Assembly: GCF_009914755.1 (NCBI RefSeq)
Contig: NC_060936.1
DNA length: 64,000 nucleotides
Strand: one strand, 5' to 3'
From: the human T2T-CHM13v2.0 reference genome, Homo sapiens
Both the position numbers and the translations under genes were made by a program. Shown in pieces: positions 12,421 through 26,369 of this stretch (the first letter of the stretch is position 1; every line of letters begins with the position of its first letter). The notes beneath the pieces were generated by a model that had not been told where the DNA came from, did not search any database, and worked only from the letters and a program-made list of their open reading frames with translations.

Positions 12421-14739
12421 CATGCAGCAGTTATGGTGAGGTAAGTTGTGATAAGATGGGTTGGAAAATACTTCTCAATGTCAGGTTATCAGAAACTTGG
12501 AGGGCCAAGCAATATGTGGTCAGGATGAAGGTTGGTTTGGGGATTGACTGACATGTGAGGAAAAGAAGCAGGAAGTGGACAGTTTGATCCTACTTTGATC
12601 AGTGAGTTGGCTAAAGACATTTGCTTATGTTTATTTCTGCTTGTTTCTATCTTGGGAGGCTGATGCTGGGAATACCCCCTACCTAGAGGCACCCTTGGGA
12701 AGAAGTAAGACCACAGTGGGACCCAGATGGGAAGGGACAAAAGCTGGCCATCATCCAGACCAGTGTCAAAAGGCAAGAGAGATCCTGAGCCTCATAGCTA
12801 GCTCCCACTCACTTCACTGGGGTGGGATGCAAGCAGACTCAGGCACCAGGACCCAGAGCACATTTTCCTGGAGTGTCTTCTTACATGGATCTCTGGGAGA
12901 ACACGGGGTGGGTGAACTGCCATGGTGCTGGAGGAAGTGGCTGGCCATGGTCATGACAGACAGATGGTCTTGGATTTAGAGACTCAGGATCCTGTCTGTC
13001 TCTTGGTTGCATGACTAATGGGAAGGTGTTCTACTTCTGGCAGATTGGCTGGGACAACAGGAAAGTCACTCCAAAGATGTCTTGTTTTACTTAGCGCTAA
13101 TCCTACTGCATTTACTTTATAGGAGCAAAGTAAATAGAGAAATAAGAGGTATAGAAGATTACCTAGACTCCTTTTGGGGGGGCCTATTTAGTTTGGCTTG
13201 TGGTGAAGAATAATTCTGAGGAACAATCTGCTAGAGAGATTTCAGAGAGATTAAGGGGATTATTAAAATGTTCTTCCTTGGTTATAGCAGAGGTTTGTAA
13301 CACTTTTAAATCACTGTCAAGAAAACAAAGGGATGTGTTACTGGGTAATGTTGTATGGAATACATAGAGCAGGACATTTTAATATTAAGCTCTGTTTTAC
13401 CTCCAGGAACACCAAATGATGGAGCAATTGTATTATGCACCCAAAAATTATAGTTTATCATAAAAGGGTCACATGCTCCATTGCCTTACAAGAGAAATTG
13501 TATTTGAATTATAAGGCATTTCTAAACCTTGTGAATGATTGGTAGGAGGTGTAGTCTTTTGTAACACAAAAAGCTGCTGACTAGAATTACAGTTCCCATT
13601 AACAGGAATGTAAGTGAAATAATTTTGTTTCAACAGTCATATCCTCAGGGCGAATGGGTCATAGGAAGTGATTAAACTGAAAACATGAACCCAGTAATAA
13701 TCACTATATATGTATCCCCTGTGGATGACCTCCCTTTTTTTTCCCTCAGAACTTTAGCATTCTCTGACATTTACCATTGTATAAAGATATACTGATAACA
13801 ATAATAAGGTGATTGAATATGCCATGAGATTTTTTCACTATAAAAGTATTCTCAGCACAGGAAACTGCATATTGATATTCTTTTCTAAATTGAAATATTA
13901 TACACAGGGCAAAAGGATTAGATAGATGTAGCAAATAATTTGATGGCAAGAAAAATACCATACATCAGCAACAATGAACTTTTGTAGTAAAAATACAAGT
14001 ATGGTAATAATAAAAACAATGCTTTGCAAAGATATAGGGCATATATTTGAATCAGAACAGCTCTTCAAACACAAAATAATGGAAATGTTATGAATGTTTA
14101 CTTAAACTAGTTATTCTGACCTGATAATCCTGAACAATTGGCAAAAATTGGAATTTATGCTTTAGCTCATAAAAAGGAGGTTCTACTTCAGAAAATTATA
14201 TATGTCTTCAGAGCAATATGACTCTCCAAAGCTGCTTATTTCTAGTGTATTTTCGGAGTTGCTTTAGCTTGGGCTACAATGCCACTCTGGATTTTTAATG
14301 CTAGGATTAATCCCAACATTATCTGCTCTCTATTGTACCCTCCTTGCAGCTGGGTGCGGAGGAACACCTCCTCTGACAGATGTAACTAGCTGATTTGTAT
14401 ACATTACACATGTGCTAACAGTTGCCTACAGCCTTGTGTACATTTCAGGGTCAACACAGGTGTTGAGTGAGGAACAAGAGCAGGGAGCTAGGCATGGATG
14501 GAGATACAGAGATGCAGAGGCAAGCACAGCAGGCAGCTAATCTGGAAATGGCCATTCAGATGCATGGAGAAACCAAAGGCATGAGATATATCAGAATCAA
14601 GCCCCAGTGATGGAATAGAGAGGAGAGCTGTGCTAGGGGGAGAGGGTGGTGAAAGCCAGTCAGGAAACTTCCACTAGGAATCCCTTCTCCTCCACCAAAC
14701 AAATTCTTGCATAATGTAGAAGGGAGAGGTTGCTTAATT

Positions 14740-15260
14740 GAAGATGTTTGTTGAATAAATGAATGAGTGAATGACTTGTCCTCTCCTCCTGCTCATTCCA
14801 TTTAGGCATTTCCAAACTTCTGTTCTAAGCTGTCATCCTTTATCTTTCCCTCAGGTGATCACCTCTTCTTCCTGGGTTGAACTTTATGATACCATGTGTA
14901 TAGCTTCCAGAACTTGTTCTTCAGAACTTATTTCTCTCTGTTGAACTTCAGATCTGAATTTCCATTTGTTTGTTGTATGTCCTAAAAGGCCTTCCAATTC
15001 ATCATGCCCAAGAGGGAATTAATTTCCTTCCTCAAGTCTGATCTTCCTTTTCCTTTGTTCTGTATCTTAAATTTCATGGTCCTGCCTTTCCTTGATTAAC
15101 TCAACCTTGAAATGTTGTTGTTATCTCCCTTACTTCTTGCATCCAGTTAGTAAGAAACCATGTTCATTTTCCCTCTTCAAGATTTCTTGACTCATTCCCT
15201 CTGTGCCATTCCCATGGATAATGCCCTAGTTCAGAACTTTATTATCTCTACATTGTTATT
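14740..15260 (+). mobile_element. L2 fragments
   Basis: gttgaataaatgaatgag, then ctgaacttcagatctgaatttcc...; pyrimidine-rich L2 3' region. Confidence 0.55.
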
Positions 15261-15793
15261 TGAATTATCTCCTGAAACACCCATGGCCATGTCATTCCCC
15301 ATACGAAGTGCTCAGCAGAGCTACATGAGGATGCTGGCTTACCAATTCTCTGCAAAGTCCAAAAGAACCCAGTCTCTCAGGGTGAGACAGGACTCACATT
15401 TGAGGATGTTTTACAAAACTTACTACTGCAAAATCCTTTTAAAAGTTCAATATATTCTAGAGATGGAGATGCTTCTGACTTGATTTAGCCATGACCTAAT
15501 TGTCTTGGTGAAAGCTATTAATATGCTGGAAGGAATTCCTTCAGGTCCCTTCCTTCCCATAATGAATTTTTTAAGGGCAACATTCAAAATCAAGGTCAGC
15601 ACACAAAGGCATCAGTTGCCTTATGGTACTAGTTAGAGGTTTTAAGCCAATTTGACTCTGGGTTAATTTTTTTTTCATGTAAAAACTAGCTGTAGCTAAT
15701 TTCATTTAAAAAATCACAGTACGCATAATACAGGAGACCTAATGACATTTCCCCCCTCAAAGCAGTACCCAATAGATGGCCATAAATGTCTGA

Positions 15794-16226
<433 letters not shown>

Positions 16227-17046
16227 AGTTTCTTTTTCTTTAGTGACATTTTCTCCCTTTTGGACTATCTAGCTTAGGTTAGCTTTTAAAATGTGTTTGT
16301 CTCAGTAAATTAAAACATTGAATTATATTGACTAGGGCTCTTGAGTTAAGTGAGTATTATTGTATTCTAATTTTAAGAATACTGTATACATATACACAAT
16401 ATATTCTGGCAATTCAGCCAGGTACCTAATTCTCAAACCAACAAGCATTACAAAATGTGTGCTTTGTTCCTAGTGAAGAGTAGGCATAAGTTTTTTTTTT
16501 TTTAATGAAAGGATATTTGGGTTTGGTAAGGTGCTTGTTTTCTTTAATAATTGGAAATAGAAACTTAAGAGTAGTAAAGAAACTGATTTAAAACAAGAAA
16601 GGAGGTGGAAGGGTCCCAGTGGAGTGAGGTTAATTCCCTGTTGTCGAATTTGGGTTTCAGGTGCCTAAGGCACAGGGAAGCAGGAATGTTTGTGTAGTTT
16701 TCTACAAGTACTTGACAGTCCCTAGGCAAAGTGGGATTGAAGGAGGGAAACAGCAGGCCACCATCTCTCTGCCCTTAGACATGTAAAAATGCACCTGCTT
16801 AATTCAAGGCATGAGGATGCATATCTCATGGAGTCATGAGTATTAACACTTGCAGTCTCAGAACTTTTCTAGGAAACACACTTTATGAAGCAGAACTGTA
16901 GATTTATCCCACTTTAAACATGTCACATATCAAAATCCGATTTTTACAAAACAAATTAAGCATTAATAACTTGCTTTATAAAAAGATTCACCATATGATT
17001 ATTTAAAATGCAAACTCTCCTAGCATATTTCATATGTGCTAGCTTT

Positions 17047-17937
17047 TTAATTTTATTTTATTTTACTTTATTTAAGTTCTGGGATACATGTGCTGAATGT
17101 GCAGGTTTGTTACACAGGTATACATGTGCCATGGTGGTTTGCTGCACCTATCAGCCCGTCATCTAGGTTTTAAGCCCCACATGCATTAGGTATTTGTCCC
17201 AGTGCTCTCCCTCCGCTTGCTCTCCACCCCACGACAGGACCCAGTGTGTGATGTTCCCCTCCCTGTGTCCATGTGTTCTCATTGTTCAACTCCCACTTAT
17301 GAGTGAGAACATATGGTGTTTGGTTTTCTGTTCCTGTGTGTGTTTGTGAGGATGATCAGCTTCATCCATGTCCCTGCAAAGGACATGAACTCATTCTTTT
17401 TTATGGCTGCATAGTATTCCCATCAAGCTACCGCTGACTTTCTTCACAGAACTAGAAGAAACTACTTTAAATTTCATATGCAACCAAAAAAGAGCCTGTA
17501 TAGCCAAGACAATCCTAAGCAAAAGAACAAAGCTGGAGGCATTACGCTACCTGACTTCAAACTATACTGCAAGGCTACAGTAACCAAAACAGCATGGTAC
17601 TGGTATCAAAACAGATATATAGACCAATGGAACAGAACAGAGGCCTCAGAAATAACACCACACATCTACAACCATCTGATCTTTGACAAACCTGACAAAA
17701 ACAAGCAATGGGGAAAGGATTCTCTATTTAATAAATGATACTGGGAAAACTGGCTAGCCGTATGCAGAAAACAGAAACTGGAGTCCTTCCTTACACCTTA
17801 TACAAAAATTAAGATGGATTAAAGACTTAAATGTAAAACCTAAAACCATAAAAACCCTAGAAGAAAACTTAGGCAATACCATTGAGGATGTAGGCATGGT
17901 CAAAGACTTCATGACTAAAACACCAAAAGCAATGGCA
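17047..17937 (-). mobile_element. 5'-inverted L1PA7/8-like insertion (3' end on minus 17047-17420; ORF2 piece on plus ~17415-17937)
   Basis: L1 3'UTR on minus; [13 protein letters not shown]...[16 protein letters not shown] on plus; 15-bp TSD atatgtgctagcttt at 17032-17046 and 17938-17952. Confidence 0.92.
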
Positions 17938-18676
17938 ATATGTGCTAGCTTTAAACAATGGTAACTACCCAGAACTTTCAGGAGCACCTTGCAGAGAGTG
18001 AGGAGGAGCTCTAGTTGCACATATGAACTTGGTACAAACTTGCTTCTATGTGATAATGATCTGGATAAAGGGCATCCTCAGATGATCCTGCAATCCCTGC
18101 TGGGCCAAGAGTTTAAGCAAAGTTTTAGAACCTGCAGTTTCTGTAGAGGTGTGATTTCTGCTGTTGCGACAGAACCAAAAACGAGGAGTCAGGCTCTGTC
18201 AGCTAGCTTCCTTTCTCTCTCTTTCTCTCTGACACTCTGGAAGGAAATACTATTTTCTCCTGATTTGAACTTTTCTCTAAATCTATTAGTAAAAAAGGGT
18301 AAAACAAACGATGTCTTTCCTTTGTCCCCTCTCTAGTAAAGATGGCCTGAAAGAAGATAAAGTGTAAGAAAATAAGGAAATCAAGGGTATATAATGACTG
18401 TATAAATTAATCTGAGAACTTATTTTTTAAGAATCTTAATGGTTTTATCTATGATGCACTTAAAAACTCAGATTTTTTAACTATGTTTTTATTTCTCTTC
18501 CTCCTTACATTTTTAGCTCCCCAAACACTTGACCTTTTTATATTTTACTTTTGAAATAACATTTCCTTATAATTTTAATTATAAAATACTTGGGAAACAT
18601 AAACCCAAAAAGCAAAGGAAAAAACTGTAATCCTGCCATTTAAAGGTAAGCATTTTAGTATACACACTTACAATCT

Positions 18677-18968
18677 TTTTTTTTTTTTGAGACAATCTCA
18701 CTCTGTTGCCCAGGCTGGAGTGCAGTGGCATGATCTCAGCTTACGGAAACCTTTGCCTCCCAGTTTCAAGTGATTCTCCTGCCTCAACCTCCTGAGCAGC
18801 TGGAACTACAGGCACATGCCATTACATTCGGCTTATTTTTGTATTTTTAGTAGAAATGGGGTTTCGCCATGTTGGCCAGGCCGGTCTTGAACTCCTGACC
18901 TCAGGTCATCCGCCTGCCTTGGCCTCCCAAAGTGCTGGGATTACAGGCATGAGCCACTGCCCCTGGCC
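18677..18968 (-). mobile_element. AluS
   Basis: Full dimer; TSD tacaatctttt at 18669 and 18969. Confidence 0.93.
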
Positions 18969-19000
18969 TACAATCTTTTATTTTTAAAATCACAGAAAAA

Positions 19001-19870
19001 TATATCAGTTAGCTATAATTTAAAAATACTACATAACAAACTACCCTCAAACATAGTGAGATACAATAATACCCATTTTATTCTCGTGTTCTTGGAAGAG
19101 TTCAGGTTAACTGCATATTGGTCAGTTTGGACTTGGCTTGGCTGAAGCTCTGCTTCATACTGCAGGTCCAATTACACCTTGGTCCTCACCGAGACTGAGC
19201 TCAGGTATGCTCCATGTGTATTCACTTTTGAGTCTAGGCTTAAAGAGCAGTGTATTAGCTCAGGCTGCCATAACAAAATACCATAGACTGGGTGACTTAA
19301 ATAATAGAATTTATTTTCTCACCATTCTGGAGGCTGGATGTCCAAGATCAGGCTGCCAGCATGGTCAGGTTTTGGTGAAGGCTGTCTTCCTGTCTTGCAG
19401 ATGGCCACCATCTTGCTGTGTGCTCACATAGGGCCTTTCCTCAGTGTGTGCACTCAGGGAGAGAGAGAGCAAACTCACTGGTGTTTCTTCTTATAAGGGC
19501 ACTAATCTTACCATACCAGGGCCCTACCCTCATGATCTTATCTAACCTTAATTACCCCTAGAGGTCCCATCTCCACCCCCAACACATTGAAGGGTAGGAA
19601 TTCAATATGTGAATTTGGGGAGCACATAAACAGTCCATAAGAGGCAGCTCATCTAATGGCTATGGCGGAAGCATGCAAGCAATAACTCGAGCATGTTTCA
19701 AGTCTTCTTGCATCACATCTGTTAAGATTCCATTGGCCAAAGCAAATCACAGAGGAGCCAAGAGTCAAGGGGTGGGGAATAGCAAAAGTGGGAGGAGCAG
19801 CCTAGTTGCATGGCAAAAGGAGTAGAATAAGGAGGCGTGAAGAACTGGGGCCAATAATTCTATCTACTGT
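19001..19870 (-). mobile_element. Old MLT1 (G/H-like) LTR interrupted by MLT1A
   Basis: cataacaaactaccc... and cattggccaaagcaaatcac...gagtcaaggggtgggga on either side of the nested element. Confidence 0.65.
19251..19642 (-). mobile_element. MLT1A-like MaLR LTR
   Basis: gctgccataacaaaataccatagactgggtg...ttcttataagggcactaatc; TSD agcag/ggcag. Confidence 0.85.
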
Positions 19871-19914
19871 GTATATGTATACATTTTCATTAAAACAATG
19901 ATAGCAATATTGAG

Positions 19915-20130
19915 AATTATGGCTAACATTTATATACTAAGCTCTGTTGAGTGCTTTAAATGAACTCATTTAAACTTCAACCTCAGTCCTATAAACTAGG
20001 TAGTATGAATAGTCTCATGTTTATGGATAAGGAAATAGAAGCATAGAGAAATTAAGTAACTTGCTGCAAGTTCAGGGATGTGGACAATGACAGGTTTGCT
20101 GTAGACCCTGTGTTCTTAAGTACTACATTA
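19915..20130 (-). mobile_element. MIR SINE
   Basis: gataaggaaatagaagcatagagaaattaagtaacttgc. Confidence 0.7.
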
Positions 20131-20244
20131 AGTAGTAAAATCTCCCCTTTGCCCTCTTCTCACACCACTAATCCTATTCCACTTCTCACAGGTAACTTTC
20201 TGTCAATAGTTTGGGTTATAAACTTTAGATCTGTCCATGTGCAA

Positions 20245-20820
20245 ACTATATGTACATATATGTATATTTGCACATATATGTGCATATATATACAACTAAT
20301 ATAACAGTTGTGTGTGTATATATATATACACGCAACTAGTTATGCACAACTAGTTAGTTGCTGTGTGTATATATATACAACTAACATATATACATACATA
20401 TATATACAACTAACATGTTGTATCTTGTATGTATGTTTATACAACTAACATATATACATATACTATATATACAACTAACATGTTAGTTGTATATATAGTA
20501 TATGTATACATACATCTACTATGTGTGTATATACTATATGTATACATACATCTACTATGTGCGTATATACTATATGTATACATACATCTACTATGTGCGT
20601 ATATACTATATGTATACATACATCTACTATGTGCGTATATACTATATGTATACATACATCTACTATGTGTGTATATACTATATGTATACATACATCTACT
20701 ATGTGTGTATATACATACACACAACTATATACATATATACACACAACTAACATATACACATATATGTTGTGTGTATGTATATTTACATATTATAGATACA
20801 TATGTACACACATACAAGTA
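20245..20820. repeat. AT/CA-rich simple-repeat complex including a 36-bp minisatellite (~5.9 copies, 20502-20714)
   Basis: Unit atgtatacatacatctactatgtgYgtatatactat; explains the 12-aa periodic ORFs in all frames. Confidence 0.95.
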
Positions 20821-22129
20821 ACAAAATCAGACCATGCTATACATATTAAATATTTTTATTTTGGCAACCTTGTTTTTCATCTCCAAAAACTCTTTCTTGC
20901 TCCTTTTTCTTGATAATCTGTTGGGAATACTAATCTTACTTTTCTCGAGTTTTTGTTCTTTTATTCTAGCTTTGGAGTTTACTGCTTATTCTGGCACCCA
21001 GGGAAAGCACAGGCAAAGTTATTATTTCTTCTTCTTGGTGATTCTGTTTTTCTCAAAGATTGGAAAGAAATTTATATTATTAAAACAACCAGCTCTACAA
21101 AGTGAAATTCAGAATTTACAAGTATGTTATAAAAGAGGCCTTAAAGAGGTTTAGAAGAGGGGTTGAGTGAGAAGGGAGGGTGGCCTTTGGTGTGTCCCGT
21201 CTTCGGAAGCGCTGGGTCCTTCTCTTCATCCTTGCCTCTATGGGCTATTGTAGTCCATGGATCTAAGCATTTGCAGCCAAAACATTTCACTCCCAGGGTG
21301 GAAGGACCTGGCCAGCCAAGGAATAGCAGGAGTGTTGTGTGTGTGGGTGGGATGGGTAGAGATGGTCTTCTCCAGCTTCTTGGGGGGCTTTGGAAGCTCC
21401 CACAGCAGCACCCAGGACTAGTGAGTCTACAGTCTTTTCTTTGGTGAGCTTGCTCCCACCTTCTGAGACAAAAAGCATGCTCCACTCTCCTCTGAATAAG
21501 CCCTTTCCAGAATCCTACAACCATTTAGCCAAACTTCATTTGTTTCCAAGAAAAATATAGGTGTGCTTTTCCCTCTGTCAATATTTGACTTTGTTTTAGA
21601 GCCGATTTTACTAGTTTAAGCTTTGGGATTTGGGGGAAATGTTTAAGAAGCAGCGTATATAAAGAATATCTGCCTCTACAGAACAGGCTTAACTTAGAGG
21701 TTCAGCTCTCAAGCTTGTCAAACTTTTCTTCAGTGGATTCCAAAGTAGACAATGCAATATCAACATGTAGTTCAGTGTAAAAATTGTATCTCATTTCCCC
21801 AGTCTTTTCATGAAATGTTTAATGATGGAGCATCACATGATTTGTCTCCCTGAGAGTGAATACCCTGGAAAGGAGAGAAAACTATAAGTCCTTCATATTA
21901 CTTTTGTTTTCATTTGGCCTTTTGAACAGACAAATTAAAATCTTAGGGGATTAATTGAGGTGGGGCTTAAGGAGACGGGTACATGTGGGAGGGAAGGAAA
22001 TTAACACTCAGTACCTACTGGGTGCGAGGTGTTAAATCAGTGGCTTCATAAGTGTTCACAAGATATCTCAGTCTTTACAAGAGGCAACAAGCATGCAGGT
22101 TGCTGGTGTTAATGGCAGGATTCTTAACT

Positions 22130-23055
22130 CTTTGTCATGTAACTGTGTAGCACCCTTCCACTTGACTATATATGGGCTCTGTGACTTGCTTTGACCAAGT
22201 GAATGCAAGCAAACGTGATGCAAGCAAGGGATGAAAAAATATTGTGTGATTGGTGTGGAAGTTAATCAGACAAATTGGGTCATTCTTGTCATACCCAATT
22301 AAAATAGGGGCAAGAGACCAGGGAGAGAAAGCACTCAGGGCATGTAGCATTGATCCAAGAATGTAATTTTCTGCAAGCCTGGCTGCTGAAACTGCCTATT
22401 ATAATCTGAAACTGGTTTTATCTAATGTTACTGAAACAACCTGCTGCTGCTCTAAGACTAGTTCTATCTATGGCTGTCACTCACCAATCAGAGCTTGCCT
22501 GCTCCCTAAAACTTTACTAATGCCAATGAACTTTCTTTCAAAACAATTCATATTTCTCCTTTTTATAAAACCTCCAACTGCCTCTTTGTTCTTTGGACAT
22601 ATGGAAGACTACCAAGTCTGTGTGTATGCCCCAGATTATAATTTTCTTGCTTTCCAGATAAACTGTTTTAAATTTAGAGATTTGTCTCTATATTTTGACT
22701 TTGACACTGGGCTTGTTCTCTTTCAGCATCTTTGCCATGTCATTAGAACAAGCCCAGGCTAGCCAGCTGGAGGTTGGGAGACATACGAAGCAGGACAAAA
22801 TGGCCCCAATTGTGCAAGCTGAGGCCATCTTAGATCAACTAGCAGGTAGTCTAGCCCTGGCAGAGCCAACCACAGACTCATGAGCAGGCCAGCCACATTG
22901 CAGGCACATAGATGTGTACAACTAAGCCTGATTGAGCTCAGCTCAATCACCTGAACCCCACAAACTCATGAGCTAAATAAATGTGAATTGCTGTCTGCCA
23001 CTGAGGTTTGGTGGTTATTTGTTATGCAGCATTATTGGGGCAATAAATAACCAGT
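22130..23055 (+). mobile_element. MLT1 (F/G-like) LTR interrupted by an ERV1-type LTR
   Basis: gtgacttgctttgaccaa... and ...ccactgaggtttggtggttatttgttatgcagcattattggggcaata. Confidence 0.7.
22254..22706 (+). mobile_element. ERV LTR (MER72/MER65-like, subfamily tentative)
   Basis: TG...CA ends (tgtggaagtt...tttgaca), CCAAT and TATA-like motifs, 4-bp TSD ttgg/ctgg. Confidence 0.65.
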
Positions 23056-23084
23056 GCTGCAAGGTTTGTGTTATTAATTGTTTT

Positions 23085-23190
23085 TTTAATAGCTGAAGAC
23101 AATGAGGCTCAGAAAGGTTAATTAATATACCTAAGGTCACATAAGAAAGTGGCTGGGTCAGAGTGTGATCCAAGGTCTTCTGATGACCCC
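23085..23190 (-). mobile_element. MIR fragment
   Basis: tgaggctcagaaaggttaatt...cctaaggtcaca. Confidence 0.6.
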
Positions 23191-24934
23191 AAATTACATT
23201 CAAGGGATTAGAGCCAGGAAAGATGATATGATAAATTCATAATTTCTAAAACAATAAGCTTATGCTCCTCCTGGTCCCAATGCTGATCCTTTAAAACATA
23301 GTCAAATATGAATACAACCTAAAAGTAGATTAGCTTTGAGGGATGTAAAGCTATTAAAAAATGTAGTGTATTTCTTACATTTACTAAATTTGTTTTTCCT
23401 TTTACATACTTTAAGTTGAAATTGCTCCTCACTCAAGTCCTCACCCCTTTCTATTTATGTGATATATGCCATGAAGACTATGTAAAAACATAAAAGGAAC
23501 TCTTACTTTTCTTAGGTGAAGAAAATAAGAGTGTTATGTAGTTTTCTCTGTTGGCATAAATGAGCAGATTAAGCATAAGTAGGAGATTCAGCATATCTCT
23601 ATTTCCCTGACACAGAAATAGTGTGTTTGACCACTTTTTTGTGTGTTTTAGTATATTTTTGTCAACAGTCTTTTATTATATATATAAAAAAACCCATCTC
23701 TATTCCTTATAGAAGTTTTAAAATCATTTCACAGCTGAGTGGAACCCTAAACAGAGCTATCTTAGTGTAATGAAGCAGAAAACGATTGCTTCTTAACAAG
23801 ACTGGTATATGGTGACAAACAACTCATAAAAATCCCATCTGCCACAAAATGCCTCTATTTTAGTTGCCTCAGAATCTAAATAGTATATTTCCCATTTCTT
23901 TTCAGAAACAACAGAGGAAATATAAAGCCTTCACCACCATCAAATTGTCCTGTGACAAGAAAAGCACTTAGCTCTTAATGTACTGATGTGGCTCATTCAT
24001 AGGACCACACATGTCTGGTGATGCCCTTTAAAACTGTGCTGGGATTTTCTCCTTCCAGCTCTTCCATACTTGCCCCCACGCCTCCACCCCCCGACCCCCA
24101 CCCCTGTCGCCATTGCAGGCTCCAAAAGAGTCATACAATAATACAATGCCATTTTTTGATGTTTTAACATCAAAGAATGCTCTGTATATCAGTCAGCTTT
24201 AGATTTTGTTTAGTAAAAACAAAAGACAACTCCAGAGTTTGCAGAGATGAAGAAATGGGACCATTTGCAGAATCAAATGATTTTATGAAAAACCATTTGT
24301 ATTTTGCGGGGAAGGTGTTGTTGATTTCTACTTACGGCTTTAGATGACAACTATGTGTATGTGTATACGTATATCTGTTTTCCTTGGGTGGCTTTTTCAA
24401 AGTGTTTTCCCATCCCCTACTAATTCCACATACTTATCTCAACCAAACAGCTTTGTTTTTGAAACACTGAAGCTCAACTTGATAAAAATATAAAATAAAA
24501 ATTCCAATGGTTTTGTTGAAAACCAGACCATTCACCTTTGTACAGAAAATAAATGTACTAGAGATTTTAACAGCTTTTCAAAATGCCATGTATCTATAGG
24601 TAATCTAGTACGACTTTTAAAATGTGAATATATTACTTTGTGAAAGATTTGTAAACCAACTTCTTTAGTTAGAACATAAAATACAATATGTAGTGGCTTA
24701 TTTAAATACTTATTTACTTTTAAAAGAAGCTGGGAAGTTTTCTTTGAAAGGACCAATGCAAACTGATATTTAAATACATTTAACTTTCAAGTAGAACGGT
24801 GTGAAATTTTCTGGTCTTCTGAAGATATTACTGGCTTTCATGAAGTGGCAGTGGCTCAGTTCCCATCTTACTTCACACCAGGTGGAGCTTTTTCCCAAAG
24901 GATATAGCACACTTGGTTTCCATCATGATTGTAA

Positions 24935-25330
24935 TATTCACTGAGTGACTACTATGCCACTGACTCGCAGTATCTCACTTAACCTCACAGGAAATTTCTG
25001 AGGTTGGTACTATTACACTCCATGACACAGAGGGAGATATGCAGGTTAAGAGAGGGTGAGGTCACACGGAGGCCACACCGCTGGTCAGTGGCGGAACCAA
25101 GGTTTGATTCCCAGTCTCTTTCCATTAAGTTGCATTGCCTCATGGAATAGGCAGAGGGATGAATGCAGCAGAAAGAGCACTGAATTGTGAGTCAGGAAGC
25201 CTGGGCTTTTACCTTTTTTTCAGCCAATAGCTGTATAACTCTAGGAATGGAATGTCGTTGTCATTTCACATTGATGAGAGGGCTGGACCAAATGCTGCCA
25301 AGGCTCCATAAAACTCATAGGTCTATGATT
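24935..25330. mobile_element. Adjacent MIR (-) and MIR3 (+) fragments
   Basis: MIR core on minus ~24935-25130; gaaagagcactgaattgtgagtcaggaagcctggg on plus. Confidence 0.55.
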
Positions 25331-25464
25331 TAAATGGACATTGCTATATGAAAGCATGCATACTGAAGTCCAGGAGCTCAGTAATTATCTCCTATGTATA
25401 TCAGCCAAATAAAATGCTCCAGTTCTTTGCCTACTTAAAAAAGACATTAAATATTACTGAAAAT

Positions 25465-25612
25465 CCAAATAGTTTGCTTATTCATTCTCCTGTTGATAGA
25501 CATTTTGGTCATTTCCAGTTTGGGGCTATTCTGAATAAGGGTGCTAAGAACATTCTCGTGGAAATATTTTGTGAATATGTACACTCATTTCTCTTGGATT
25601 TACAACTGGGCG
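25465..25612 (-). mobile_element. Old L1M fragment
   Basis: cattctcctgttgatagacattttgg...tttccagtttggggctatt. Confidence 0.7.
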
Positions 25613-25619
25613 TGATACC

Positions 25620-26340
25620 TACTCATTCAATACATATTTACTGAGCAACTGCTATGTGCCAGGGACTGCTGTTAGCATTAGCAATAAGATGGCGATTAAG
25701 CTGAAAAGATATCTGCGCTCATGAGGCTAACAATCTAATGGGAGCAGGTGATAAACATTATGAAGAAAATGGGGGCGATGTGAGGAAGAGTGAGTAGGTG
25801 ATGGTGAGGAGGTAGGGAAGAGGGAGCAGAAGATTGTTATTTCACACAGAGTGGTCAAGGAAGCCCTCTCTGAGATGACATTTGTATTAGTTCGTTTTCA
25901 CACTTCTGATAAAGACATACCCAAGACTAGGTAAATTATAAAGAAAAAGAGACTTAATGGACTCACAGTTCCACATGGCTGAAGAGGCTTCACAATCATG
26001 GTGGAAGGCGAAAGGCATGTCTTACATGGCAGCAAGCAAGAGAGAGAGAGAATGAGAGCCAAGCAAAAGGGATTTCCCCTTATAAAACCATCATATCTTG
26101 TGAGACTTATTTGCTCCCATGAAAACAGTATGGGGGAAACTGCCCCTATGATTCAATTATCTCCCACTGAGTTCCTCCCACAACATGTGGGAATTATGGG
26201 AGCTACAATTCAAGATGAGATTTGGGTGGGGACACAGCCAAATCATATCAACATTGAACTGAGACCCCAAATACTGGAGGAGCTGGCCTTGTGAAGAGCC
26301 CATGGAAGAGCTCTCAGGTGGAGGAAAAAGCATGGTACAA
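25620..26340 (-). mobile_element. L2 interrupted by THE1
   Basis: cattcaatacatatttactgagc...tgtgccagg; continues gaactgagacc after the LTR. Confidence 0.7.
25883..26250 (-). mobile_element. THE1 (C-like) solo LTR
   Basis: tgtattag...catatca; perfect TSD acatt. Confidence 0.92.
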
Positions 26341-26369
26341 TATGGTAGAGTATAATCGGTATTTAGCAA

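Noticed and set aside
11752-12979. ORFs of 178 aa (-) and 125 aa (+)
   Set aside because: No recognisable protein similarity, non-ATG starts, partly low-complexity
20429-20913. Periodic Tyr/Cys/His-rich ORFs in several frames; superficially CRISPR-like 36-bp repeat
   Set aside because: Head-to-tail minisatellite with no spacers and no stop codons; eukaryotic DNA with no cas genes
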